Shown in pieces: positions 39,054-48,948 of a DNA stretch of 64,000 bases. Location: positions 608,001-672,000 of the forward strand of contig JAVLKG010000004.1 of the NCBI GenBank assembly GCA_032128875.1. The letters run 5' to 3'. Position 1 is the first letter of the stretch. Each line of letters begins with the position of its first letter. A program made the position numbers and the translations under genes. The notes beneath the pieces were generated by a model. That model searched no databases, was not told the DNA's origin, and worked only from the letters and a program-made list of their open reading frames with translations. Source of the stretch: Candidatus Melainabacteria bacterium 17Bon1m. Lineage in GTDB: Bacteria > Cyanobacteriota > Vampirovibrionia > Obscuribacterales > Obscuribacteraceae.

Positions 39054-39809
39054 ATGACTAAGAGACACACTCTTGTTGCCCTGGCTGTATCCGGCTTGTT
39101 TTTTTTGACCGGAACAGTTGATGGCAAAGTTTTGCGAGCTGAAATCAACCACAGCGAGGTCGCAGAACCTGTAGAAGCTAAGTTGCTGCCGGGGCAAATT
39201 TTCGATGTCGCTAATCTGCCACCGGGCTCGACCGGTGACGCCAACAATTGGTACAAAATTCCGAAATGGCTGGCTGGCACCTGGCACAAGGAAAGCCAAA
39301 CCAATTCGTATCAATACAACTATTTGACTCGCCAGGAAGATAACACTCAACGCACTGTTGTAGCCAAAGGCAATGGCGTTTGGGGAACTCAAACAGATGC
39401 TCAAGGCGAAATCTGGGAATTTAATCCAGCCCCTTACGTAGATACCGTGGATGGTGGCACCGACACAATCGTTCAATTGATCAGATCATCAGAACCTGTG
39501 GAAATGACGAGCGATCGATTCATCAAAAACACTCTCGACACGCAGTTGCGCGTCGATAAGGCCACCGGACGAATTAAGACCGTACAAACAGCAGAACAAA
39601 TCTCTACCTATACAATCGATTCACCTGGTGTCTTGAAACGAGAGACCTCATCAAAGGTATTCGGTCATGATGGAAAGCCTCTCATGCTCGCGAAGTCTGT
39701 CGCTTTTGAAAACAAAATCGCAGAATATGAGCCGAGAGACACTCTCAATGGCAAAAATCTAAAATCGATGTTTCAGGAATATTTGGATCAAAGTAAAACG
39801 GTCGATTAA
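39054..39809 (+). CDS. Exported hypothetical beta-rich protein
   Basis: GGGGGAG RBS before ATG 39054; signal peptide; WYKIPKWLAGTW. Confidence 0.75.
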   Translation: MTKRHTLVALAVSGLFFLTGTVDGKVLRAEINHSEVAEPVEAKLLPGQIFDVANLPPGSTGDANNWYKIPKWLAGTWHKESQTNSYQYNYLTRQEDNTQRTVVAKGNGVWGTQTDAQGEIWEFNPAPYVDTVDGGTDTIVQLIRSSEPVEMTSDRFIKNTLDTQLRVDKATGRIKTVQTAEQISTYTIDSPGVLKRETSSKVFGHDGKPLMLAKSVAFENKIAEYEPRDTLNGKNLKSMFQEYLDQSKTVD

Positions 39810-39824
39810 AGAGTGAGGTAACTG

Positions 39825-42512
39825 GTGAAACGTCTCAAAGCCATCTCTTGTTCATTGCTTGCAGCATGTGCTCTTTTAACAGCGTTTCAACCCGGACAGG
39901 GGAAGGTGGCATCGCTTTCTCCGGCTGCTGATTCATTCCGTTTGCCGCGAAGCGTCACACCAGAGAGTTACGACCTTTTTATCGATCCGGACTTAGAGAA
40001 AGGAACGTTCAAAGGAACCGAAAACATCGTCCTTAATGCTGTTCAAACAGTAGACAGAATCTATTTGAACTCACATGGACTATCTATAGAAAGCGCCGAA
40101 CTTACCGCTGAAGGTGACAAAAGATCAGGCAAGTCGGCGGCTTCAGTGACTATCGCCAAAAGCGAGCAAGTGGTCACTTTCTTGCTTTCAAAACCTATTG
40201 AACCTGGTAAGTACACCCTTAAGATTTCCTATTCCGGCCGCATGAATGACAAACTCTGCGGCTTCTACAAAGTCAAAGCCAAGGACGGCGAAGGTCATAC
40301 CGTCACTTTAGGCGCCACTCAGATGGAACCGACGGACGCCCGTCGAATGTTTCCATGTTTTGACGAACCTGATTTCAAAGCTACTTTCAAACTGAAAGTC
40401 ACAGTCGATCAAGGCAACACGGCCATTTCGAACAGTGCCGTTTCTCGAGAAGTCAAACAAAAAGGTTCAAGCAAGAGAATTGTCGAGTTTGCACCGACAC
40501 CAAAAATGTCAACCTATCTTGTTGCGCTCTTGGTCGGACCGTTTTCCTCTACTCCTCCATTAGTCGCAAATTCCATACCTATTCGTGTATGGGCGGTTAA
40601 AGGCTCTGAAAAACTCGGGCTCTTCGCGCGCAACCAAGCGGCAAAGATGATGCCGTACTTTCTGAATTACTTCGCTCAACCATATGCCGGCAACAAGCTA
40701 GATTTGATAGCAATTCCAGAGTTCGAAGCTGGTGCGATGGAAAACTTGGGCGCAATTACCTTCAGAGAAGAAACACTTTTAGTCGACGAGAAGAGTGCCT
40801 CCGTTGCCGCTCAAAAGCGTGTTTCAGAGGTGGTAGCCCATGAAATGGCACACCTCTGGTTCGGCGATTTAGTGACTATGAAATGGTGGGACGATCTTTG
40901 GCTGAACGAGGCTTTCGCCACCTGGATGTCTGAAAAGACTGTCGATTATGTGCGCCCAGACTGGCAAACATGGGAGTTTTTCACATTTGATCGCCTTGGC
41001 GCAATGGAAATTGACGAGTTGATGTCGACTCGCTCCATACACGCTGAAGTCAAAAACCCACTCGAAGCAATAGAAATGTTTGACGGCATCACATACAGCA
41101 AAGGTGCTTCTATTCTGCGAATGCTGGAAATATATTTAGGCGAAAAGGTATTTCAAACCGGCGTGCAAAATTACATGCGCGAACACAAATTCGGCAACGC
41201 GACGACGAGCGATTTGTGGAATTCCCTACAAGCAGCCTCCCAAAAACCTGTCTCCGACATCATGTACGCCTGGGTTCATTCTCCTGGCTTTCCTGTTATC
41301 GATGCTCAAAGGAAGGAGAATGGAACTGCGATTCGCCTCGGACAATCGCGATTTGTAATGGACCCTGCTGCCAGGTTAAAACCGGCGAATGCAAACGCTC
41401 TTTGGGCAATACCGGTTTCCTGGCGTTTGCTGAAAACTGACCAGCCGGCTAATCAAAAGCTTAGTTTTCTTCTCTCTTCAAAGACGGCTCCGATGGTCGA
41501 TCTGCCAAAAGATCAAATACCACTTCTGAATGCCCAAGCATCAGGCTATTATCGGGTCAACTATCCAGAAACTTGGCTTCGCGGCCTACTTTCCGCCGGG
41601 TTGGACAAACTGAGTATTGCTGAGCGCATGACGCTTCTGTCCGATCAATGGACTCTAACGTTTGCAGGAATCTCACCACTCGCTAACTATTTCCAATTGT
41701 TCAACGAATACGAATCCCAAATGGATCCGCAGTTGATCGAGATGAGAGTAGAGTGCCTAGATCGACTTTACGGGCTGCTCGACGCGAAAAGTGTTCCAAG
41801 CTTCGAACGATTCGTGCGAAAGCATTTAAATGCAACGGCAACGAAATTTGGTTGGTCATCCAAACCAAATGAAAGCGATTTGATTCGCTCAGCCAGGGGT
41901 GATGTCCTTCTAGCCCTGGGCACGATAGGGCAGGATCCTGCGACGATTGCCGAAGCGCGCAAGCAGTTTAATGTCTATCTTGCGGATTCGAGGAAAGTAG
42001 AACCAGACCTGCTCGATCCAATTTTCAAAATTGTCGCCTTCAACGGCGACGCCAAAGACTATCAAAAGATGGACAACCTCTGGCGCACAGCCAAAACTCC
42101 TGAAGAACGCGTGCGAAGCATGATGTCCCTGCCGTTTTTCAGAAAGCCTGAACTTATCGATCGCACTTTAAAGTTCAGCATTGGAAATGAAATTCGCCTT
42201 CAAGACTCTCCGAAATTGTTGGGCAATATTCTCATAATGCCTCACGCAAAACAGCCGGGCTTCAAGTTTGTCAGAGAGAACTTTGCGCTTATCAAGAAAC
42301 ATCTGCCAATGCCGACGGTACCGCATGTGGTGTGCTCACTAGAATCCATTTGCACGCCACAAGAGGAGAAGGAATATATTCAATTCCTTGCTGCAAATCC
42401 GATTCCAGCGGGACGTAAGCGCATTCAACAAGCATTAGAAACAGTGCACAATCGGGTTAATTTCCGTAATCGTTCGAGTGCGGAATTAGACAAGATTCTG
42501 AGTGGTTTTTAG
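39825..42512 (+). CDS. Exported M1-family aminopeptidase with ERAP1-like C-terminal domain
   Basis: GAMEN, HEMAH-x18-E (WLNE), ARRMFPCFDEP, YSKG; signal peptide. Confidence 0.95.
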   Translation: MKRLKAISCSLLAACALLTAFQPGQGKVASLSPAADSFRLPRSVTPESYDLFIDPDLEKGTFKGTENIVLNAVQTVDRIYLNSHGLSIESAELTAEGDKRSGKSAASVTIAKSEQVVTFLLSKPIEPGKYTLKISYSGRMNDKLCGFYKVKAKDGEGHTVTLGATQMEPTDARRMFPCFDEPDFKATFKLKVTVDQGNTAISNSAVSREVKQKGSSKRIVEFAPTPKMSTYLVALLVGPFSSTPPLVANSIPIRVWAVKGSEKLGLFARNQAAKMMPYFLNYFAQPYAGNKLDLIAIPEFEAGAMENLGAITFREETLLVDEKSASVAAQKRVSEVVAHEMAHLWFGDLVTMKWWDDLWLNEAFATWMSEKTVDYVRPDWQTWEFFTFDRLGAMEIDELMSTRSIHAEVKNPLEAIEMFDGITYSKGASILRMLEIYLGEKVFQTGVQNYMREHKFGNATTSDLWNSLQAASQKPVSDIMYAWVHSPGFPVIDAQRKENGTAIRLGQSRFVMDPAARLKPANANALWAIPVSWRLLKTDQPANQKLSFLLSSKTAPMVDLPKDQIPLLNAQASGYYRVNYPETWLRGLLSAGLDKLSIAERMTLLSDQWTLTFAGISPLANYFQLFNEYESQMDPQLIEMRVECLDRLYGLLDAKSVPSFERFVRKHLNATATKFGWSSKPNESDLIRSARGDVLLALGTIGQDPATIAEARKQFNVYLADSRKVEPDLLDPIFKIVAFNGDAKDYQKMDNLWRTAKTPEERVRSMMSLPFFRKPELIDRTLKFSIGNEIRLQDSPKLLGNILIMPHAKQPGFKFVRENFALIKKHLPMPTVPHVVCSLESICTPQEEKEYIQFLAANPIPAGRKRIQQALETVHNRVNFRNRSSAELDKILSGF

Positions 42513-42597
42513 ATCATTGCGGCAAGAATGTAATCGTCAGTGCGAATTTGAAACATTTACTCGTGGCGTTCGGAAAGTGTTCCAAGACCATATAAAA

Positions 42598-42618
42598 AAG
42601 GCGGCAACCTGCCGCCTT
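42598..42618 (-). promoter_or_regulatory. SECIS-like hairpin / intrinsic terminator after paralog A
   Basis: AAGGCGGCA-GGT-TGCCGCCTT running into a T6 tract; starts 12 nt after the TGA. Confidence 0.6.
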
Positions 42619-42624
42619 GAAGAA

Positions 42625-43116
42625 CTAGTTTCAGCCACCGCCGCCGCCTCCACCGCCGCCGCCCCAACTGCGACCTCCAGTGGATAAACGCGCAAACAGA
42701 TTGCCTTGACCTGCATAAGTTCGACTGGCTGCGTATCTCTCAACCTGGCTATAGCCAACAGCAGCCAAATATTTCAGCTGCGGATCTTTTGAAAAGCTGG
42801 AGACGACCTGATAGTGCTGAGCGGCCTGAGCCAACTGATTCATATTGTGGAAGCAGTAGGCAATGTAATAGTGCGTTTTGTCTCGACAATATCCATTTCG
42901 ATCCAAGCGATCGAAAATCTCATAAGCATCCTTGTACTTCTTGTCATAGACGAGCCTAACCGCCTTATAAAACTCAGGTGGATAGGTTGCCGCCTTCGAT
43001 GATTTCTTTCCCTTTTTACCCTTAGCTTCGGCGTCATTACCGGAAGGCATGATTCCCTGACTTGCGACAACCACAAGCAACACTGCTGCATAGACAAGCG
43101 AACGATTCTGTTTCAT
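42625..43116 (-). CDS. Exported TPR-like protein with poly-Gly tail; candidate selenoprotein (TGA 42631-42633 read as Sec, stop TAG 42625-42627)
   Basis: Signal ending AEA; helical core paralogous to the neighbour; ends GGC-TGA-AAC-TAG. The CDS is well supported; the Sec reading is a hypothesis. Confidence 0.8.
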
Positions 43117-43158
43117 TGACTTTCCACTTCGGCAACTTGGTAGCGTTCACATTGAGCC

Positions 43159-43179
43159 CGGGCGGCAACCTGCTGCCCG
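43159..43179 (-). promoter_or_regulatory. SECIS-like hairpin after paralog B
   Basis: CGGGCAGCA-GGT-TGCCGCCCG, starts 14 nt after the TGA, no T-tract; 16/17 nt core identity to the 42598-42618 hairpin. Confidence 0.6.
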
Positions 43180-43187
43180 CAAATCAA

Positions 43188-43712
43188 CTACCGTCAGCCA
43201 CGTGGGCCGCAATCTGCGGCACTGGAGCCTCCCCCGCCCCATGGACCTGCTGCGTTGCTGGGTCCTGTAGACATTCGAGCAAAGAGATTTCCCTGCCCCG
43301 CATAAGTGCGATTCTTTGCGTATTTTGCTACCTGCCCATAACCGACTGCAGCTAGATATTTAAGCTGCGGGTCTTTGGAAAAGCTGTATACGACTTGATA
43401 GTGCTGTGCTGCTTCCTGCAGTTGATTCATGTTGTGTTTGCAAAGACCCATGTAATAGTGAGTCTTATCACGGCAAAAACCATTTCGGTCCAGGCGATCG
43501 AATATATCGAAGGCGTCCTTGTATTTCTTCTCGTAGACAACCAGCTTAATAGCGTCGTTGAACTCGGGCGGGTACGGAGGAAGCTTTTTTGCAGCCTGAG
43601 CCTTTCCTTTCTTCGCTTTGGCCTCTGCAATCTGCCCAAAAGGCGAAATGCCCTGATTGACGAAAAGAATCGTCAACATTCCAGCAAGAAGGGACAAATG
43701 ATTGGATTTCAC
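43188..43712 (-). CDS. Exported TPR-like protein with Gly-rich tail ending CGPRG; candidate selenoprotein (TGA 43194-43196 read as Sec, stop TAG 43188-43190)
   Basis: Signal ending AEA; YPPEF...IFDRLDRNGFCRDKTHYY...FSKDPQLKYLAAVGY...RTYAGQGNLFAR shared with paralog A; ends GGC-TGA-CGG-TAG. Confidence 0.8.
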
Positions 43713-43819
43713 GTTTTTGGGTGGCCCGAGCTACATCTACCATCTAAGCATATTGCCGAAAAGGGAGTGTTTGTAAACCCCCACCCCTTTCTTTTATTAA
43801 TGTCAGGTAACCTTCGAAA

Positions 43820-45067
43820 CTACTCCAAGATGTTCAGCAGTTCAAGGCAAAGGCTGTTCCAGCTCATGAACTGGGGCGCAAATAATGGTTCTCCCGTATC
43901 TGCGTGATAGTTCTCAAATAAGGTACCTTTCGCTTCAAGTCCGGTCGCTAGGGTGTTAACAACCAACTCTGCGACCTTTTGAGCATCTTTGTTGAACTTT
44001 TCGCGCACCAGCGCGCGAGCAATCAGGGCATTGGGCAAAACCCACATCGGTCCCTGCCAGTTAGAACAGATGACACGCCCATACAATCCGCGCTTTGCCT
44101 GATTGTACAAAGGCTCGGAAGCAGCAACACTTGCAATGCCCGCGCTTCTAAGGAAGTGATCGCTCGACATGATGTTCTTCTCGATTACGGCTTGAGTGCG
44201 TTCGTTATTAGTAGTCCCCATAATCACAGGACAGAGGCCAGTCCATGCTCTCAGACGGCAATGCTGCTTTGTTTTTGGATCATAGTTGTAATAGATTGAA
44301 TCTTCTTGCGACCAGAGCAACGAGTCTATTTTTTCAGCAAGAGCAGTCGCCTTGGCGTCATATTCGGCAGCCAATTTTTCGTTGCCGCCAATTTTTGCCA
44401 GCTCATTCATGGCTCGAAATTCTGCAACCAGATACGCATTTATGTCAGCTGCAAGCAGCCGTCCATCAGGGAAATTGGCGATGTCATCATTCTCGCCTTT
44501 GGCTGCTTCGAGTGGATAGAGCAGCGCCAGATTATCGTCTACACCGCTTTCCAAAACGTTTCGCCAGAAATACAATCCACTCTCGTGCTTGCGTTTTGCA
44601 TCGAAATATTTGAGATAACAATCCAACCCTTCCAAATGTCGATTGTCTATTGATGCAGATTTTGTACTCTGCTTTGCGGCAAAAAGGAGAGTCTGTGCAA
44701 GAAACGGTTTGCACTGGTCGCCGTTGTCCCAAATGCGACTGGGGGAAACAGTGCGCGGAACATGACCATCGCCTTCCTGAAGGCTGAGGAAGTTTTCCAC
44801 TACATCTTGAGCGAGCCCTTCTATACCGGCTTTCACAGATGCCTGTGCAAAAAAGCACGCGTCCCAGTCGTACATCTGCAAATAGTGACCGGTCAAAGAG
44901 CGATCGGAGACTTCACTCGAGTCATCAGCGCCCGCAACCACGTCATAAGATGGTGTCACAAAGCGATGTTTCAGCAAGCCTTTCGGATCATGAATACAGC
45001 TTTTAGCCTTTTCCAGAAAAAATCCCTTCAACTTTTTCGCTTGCGCTGTTGTCGAAGCTGTCGGCAT
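43820..45067 (-). CDS. (alpha/alpha)6 glycoside hydrolase, GH63/trehalase-like
   Basis: MYDWD, ESGVDD, NWQGPMW and FENY motifs. Confidence 0.8.
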   Translation of the reverse strand: MPTASTTAQAKKLKGFFLEKAKSCIHDPKGLLKHRFVTPSYDVVAGADDSSEVSDRSLTGHYLQMYDWDACFFAQASVKAGIEGLAQDVVENFLSLQEGDGHVPRTVSPSRIWDNGDQCKPFLAQTLLFAAKQSTKSASIDNRHLEGLDCYLKYFDAKRKHESGLYFWRNVLESGVDDNLALLYPLEAAKGENDDIANFPDGRLLAADINAYLVAEFRAMNELAKIGGNEKLAAEYDAKATALAEKIDSLLWSQEDSIYYNYDPKTKQHCRLRAWTGLCPVIMGTTNNERTQAVIEKNIMSSDHFLRSAGIASVAASEPLYNQAKRGLYGRVICSNWQGPMWVLPNALIARALVREKFNKDAQKVAELVVNTLATGLEAKGTLFENYHADTGEPLFAPQFMSWNSLCLELLNILE

Positions 45068-45088
45068 TTCGTTCTCCTCTCGTGAAAT

Positions 45089-47893
45089 TTAGCCCGTGCT
45101 TTGCAGTCCTGAAGCCACACCGGTAATGCTCATTAGCACGTAATCTAACAGTGCTTGACGGTCGCAAACATCGGATTTAGCGTCGATTCCTCTGACCTTC
45201 TTCAAAAATTGAACTTGCAGGTAGCTAACCGGATCTACATATGGATTACGCAACTCAATAGACTTTCTTAGATAGAGCGTACTGTCCAGAAGTTCCGACT
45301 GTCTTGAAATTGAAAGGATAGCCTCGCGTGTCCAACTGAATTCTTCTTCAATGCGGCTGAAATACTCATCTTTCAACTTCTTAGACTCAACGAGATTGTC
45401 TGCGTAGTACCGCGCGATTTCAAGGTCGGCTACGGCAAGCGCAGTTTCGATTTTCTTTACTAACCCAGTGAAGAATGGCCAGTCCGAATACATCGCGCGC
45501 ATTGTTTCTAACGCCGCAGGATCACCTTCGGTTACTTGATGATAGGCCGAGCCAAACCCGTACCAGCCAGGCAGCATGAATCGACTTTGTGTCCAGGCAA
45601 AAACCCAAGGAATCGCGCGCAAATCGTCAATTGATTGGCTGCCGGACTTTCTACGTGCTGGACGCGAGCCCATTCGCAACTCTCCAATTTCCGGCAACGG
45701 TGTTGTCTGGTGGAAGAATTCGATGAAATCCTTCGAGCCGTGAACGAGTTCTCTATAGGCTGTAAACGACTTTGCCGAAAGCGACTCCAGAAGTGGCATA
45801 CGCTCTTTGTAAATCGATTCGGATTTCTCGTCAAAACTATCAATACTCGCTTCGATTACTGCAGCAGCCAGCCGGTCGAAGTTTCTCACGGCAATATCAT
45901 TCATCGCGTACTTCGCAGCGATTACTTCGCCCTGCTCAGTTATCTTGATGCGATGATCGACAGTGCCCTCTGGTTGAGCAAGAATGGCTCTGTGAGTAGG
46001 TCCGCCACCACGTCCGATGGTGCCGCCTCGACCATGAAAAAGTCGAAGCTGAATGCCTTCCTTGCGCCCGAATTGAACAAGTGCTCGCTGCGCTTTATAC
46101 AATTCCCAATTCGCAGCCGTAATTCCGCCATTTTTGCCGGAGTCGCTGTACCCAATCATCACTTCCTGAAGATTGGATCTGCTCTTCAAATAATTCTTGT
46201 ATGCGCCAACTTGCAACAGTGCTTCGAACAGCTTCGGTGCGTTCTGCAAGTCTTCGATTGTTTCAAACAGCGGCACCACACTTATCGTGCGATCGCTTTT
46301 TTCCACACTGTACAACCCTGCTTCCTTTGCAAAAAGAAGGATCGCAAGCAAATCACTTTTGCTCTGCGTCATGCTGACTATATAAGTATCAATCGCAGGA
46401 ATGCCAAATTTGTCCTGGAGCGCAGTCATCGTGCGAAAAACTTCGATCGTTTGATTTGTCGACTCGGAAAACTGAGGATGAGCCGGAATTAGAGGTCGGG
46501 GATTTTCGATTTCTTTGGCAAGGAAAGAAACTTTCTCGTCCTCGCTCAGCCCGCGATAGCCGCCTTCAATCAGCTTCAGCGATTTACTGATTTCGTCGAG
46601 GGCATCAAGATGTCGCTCACTGTGCTGGCGTACGTCGAGTTTTGCCAGGTGAAATCCGAAGATATCGACTGCATAAAGCATCTTCTTTAGGCTCGTCAAA
46701 CTAGCAATGCAGCCGTTCGACTCCAGCGCGCCATAAATCATATTGAGTTCACTGCGAAACTCTAAATGGTGCTGATATGCTCCAGGTTCGCCGGATGAAT
46801 TCAAAGCACGACGCAATTTCTCTTGTATAAAGAGCAGCTTCTGTCGGACTTCCTCGAGACGATAGCGATCTCTGTACCTTTCATCAAGCTCTGGGAATAG
46901 AACGCGGTCTTGCTCGAGCGACGCATAGAACTCGTCGTCCATTTTGAGCCAATTTTGTGAGTGGCTCAAGTCGTTGAAGAGCGTTTCCATCTCTTTCATG
47001 TAATGCTTAAGAACCAGCGAGCGCTGGTAATTAAGTGTCTTTACCGTCACTTCCGGAGTGACGAAAGGATTGCCGTCACGGTCGCCGCCGATCCAAGAGC
47101 CAAATGTTATGAACCGCCGACTCTGTAGCGGATTCCACTTTTGCTCACCGGACAATTTGTCCAACTCCAAAACAAGGTCGTGGTGAACATCAAGAATCGC
47201 GCGAATAACAACATTCTCGAAGTGATAGAGCCCATAGCGAACTTCATCCATCACCTGAGGCTTGAAATAAATGACGTGGTCGGTCATCCATAACGATTCG
47301 ATGACCTTTAACAAATCGTCCGTAACAGCTTTCGTTTCTCGACGCGAAAGAGGTGGATGATCACGTCGCTTCAGAAGCCTCGCCAATTCAAGCTGTTTGA
47401 TTAAAACCGTTCGCCGGGTAATTTCAGTTGGGTGAGCAGTGAAAACAACTTGCACGTCCAGTTTGGAAATCGCTTGCTGCAGCTTCTCTTTTCCGTCTTT
47501 GCTGTTTTCCATCCGGTGAAAAACGCTTGTTAGCGAATCAGGCTCGGGACGGTCGTTTGCTTCATGCTCTCTTTGGGTGCGGCGACGCACGCGATGATTT
47601 TGCTCGGCGATGTTGATGAGATCAAAATACGTAAGAAAAGCTTTGATAACCTTTCCAGACGTTTCAACATCAAGACTTTCTACAAGCTCCGACAACTCTT
47701 TTTGTATTTCCGGCGTCGGATTGTTGTGTATTGATTTCGACAGCAGCCTGAATCGCTCGACTACATCAAAGAGCTTGTCGCCTTCGAAACGCCGAATTGT
47801 GTCGCCTAGTAAACTGCCGAGCAGGCGAACATCTTCACGCAGCGGACGATCACGGTCGTCGGTCTTTTCTTTGCTAACGCTAGATGAGCTCAT
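45089..47893 (-). CDS. ppc: Phosphoenolpyruvate carboxylase
   Basis: VFTAHPTE, SWIGGDRDGNP, QEVMIGYSDSGK, FHGRGGTIGRGGGP, TEQGE, LRAIPWVFAWTQ. Confidence 0.97.
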   Translation of the reverse strand: MSSSSVSKEKTDDRDRPLREDVRLLGSLLGDTIRRFEGDKLFDVVERFRLLSKSIHNNPTPEIQKELSELVESLDVETSGKVIKAFLTYFDLINIAEQNHRVRRRTQREHEANDRPEPDSLTSVFHRMENSKDGKEKLQQAISKLDVQVVFTAHPTEITRRTVLIKQLELARLLKRRDHPPLSRRETKAVTDDLLKVIESLWMTDHVIYFKPQVMDEVRYGLYHFENVVIRAILDVHHDLVLELDKLSGEQKWNPLQSRRFITFGSWIGGDRDGNPFVTPEVTVKTLNYQRSLVLKHYMKEMETLFNDLSHSQNWLKMDDEFYASLEQDRVLFPELDERYRDRYRLEEVRQKLLFIQEKLRRALNSSGEPGAYQHHLEFRSELNMIYGALESNGCIASLTSLKKMLYAVDIFGFHLAKLDVRQHSERHLDALDEISKSLKLIEGGYRGLSEDEKVSFLAKEIENPRPLIPAHPQFSESTNQTIEVFRTMTALQDKFGIPAIDTYIVSMTQSKSDLLAILLFAKEAGLYSVEKSDRTISVVPLFETIEDLQNAPKLFEALLQVGAYKNYLKSRSNLQEVMIGYSDSGKNGGITAANWELYKAQRALVQFGRKEGIQLRLFHGRGGTIGRGGGPTHRAILAQPEGTVDHRIKITEQGEVIAAKYAMNDIAVRNFDRLAAAVIEASIDSFDEKSESIYKERMPLLESLSAKSFTAYRELVHGSKDFIEFFHQTTPLPEIGELRMGSRPARRKSGSQSIDDLRAIPWVFAWTQSRFMLPGWYGFGSAYHQVTEGDPAALETMRAMYSDWPFFTGLVKKIETALAVADLEIARYYADNLVESKKLKDEYFSRIEEEFSWTREAILSISRQSELLDSTLYLRKSIELRNPYVDPVSYLQVQFLKKVRGIDAKSDVCDRQALLDYVLMSITGVASGLQSTG

Positions 47894-48897
47894 CGCTCTC
47901 CATTCAGACAGTTATCCCAGTCAGATGCGAAATCGAGAATCTTCTCTTTCAAGCTTTTCAAAACGTTGGAGCGTTTCATCGCCCAATTGATTTCTTTCAT
48001 GTTGTCGCCCTTCATTGCGGCGATACCAACCTGTTCGAGAAACGCCAATTCTTTGTCCACATCACCAACAACCTGCATGCACAGGTTTGCAACTTGCTGG
48101 CTGTTCTGCCGGAATTGTTCTGGAATACCGGGCTTTCCACTTCCCTTCGGAGCGGCAGACACTTGCGGGGCTGCACCGCCGCGACGCATCTCAAGGAAGT
48201 CAGCTTCAGACAAAAGCCACTTGCTCTCGTCCGCATCGTAAGAGCGATCAGGATCGATCTGCTCTTCTGCATGCGTTGCAATAGAAAACTCCTCTGTGTC
48301 CGAGGCCTCTTTGCGCGCTACTTTGATCACCTGTCCAAAAATGCGCTTCGCCAACTGACCTATGTTTGCGCTGGAAAGACCGCGGCCTAGCAGCGAACGG
48401 CTGGTGTGACCATCTTCGGTCGTTTCTATAATCTGCATGTACGGCTTGCGATTCGGATCACCCGGTCGAAACCCTATGAGAATGTCGGTCGGAACCACGA
48501 ACACCAGGATTTTGCCCATATACGCCTGAACAACAATTGCCCATTCACGGGTCGAGACGTGACCCTGGAAATATTTGACGTTGTGGGAGAAACGGCTGAA
48601 ATCTTTGAACTCGTACTCGCCTTTTGGGCGCTCGCAGTGAACCTTTAGCGATTCGTGAATAGGATTTTTGTTAAACTCGGCGACATAACGGCTGAGATAG
48701 TCGAATAACAGGTCTACATAGGCGCTGGTACTCAGGTTCTCCGCCTCGGGAGCTGCCTGCAGGTGCAAGGTCTGGTCTGCTTGCAAAGCGCTCGAATCAA
48801 GAACCGACAGCCACTGCCGAGTTTCCTCACTGGCATTGCGATCTTTGACATTGCCCAAAATCATATTTCTAAGATCGCTTTCGCTCGTGTCTGTCAT
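47890..48897 (-). CDS. Hypothetical protein, translationally coupled to ppc
   Basis: 335 aa ORF with GGAG RBS; 4-nt overlap with the ppc start. Confidence 0.75.
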   Translation of the reverse strand: MTDTSESDLRNMILGNVKDRNASEETRQWLSVLDSSALQADQTLHLQAAPEAENLSTSAYVDLLFDYLSRYVAEFNKNPIHESLKVHCERPKGEYEFKDFSRFSHNVKYFQGHVSTREWAIVVQAYMGKILVFVVPTDILIGFRPGDPNRKPYMQIIETTEDGHTSRSLLGRGLSSANIGQLAKRIFGQVIKVARKEASDTEEFSIATHAEEQIDPDRSYDADESKWLLSEADFLEMRRGGAAPQVSAAPKGSGKPGIPEQFRQNSQQVANLCMQVVGDVDKELAFLEQVGIAAMKGDNMKEINWAMKRSNVLKSLKEKILDFASDWDNCLNGER

Positions 48898-48948
48898 CTC
48901 TTAACTTTCTCCGCGTACGACGAGGGTGAATTATATCTCATCACCTAA

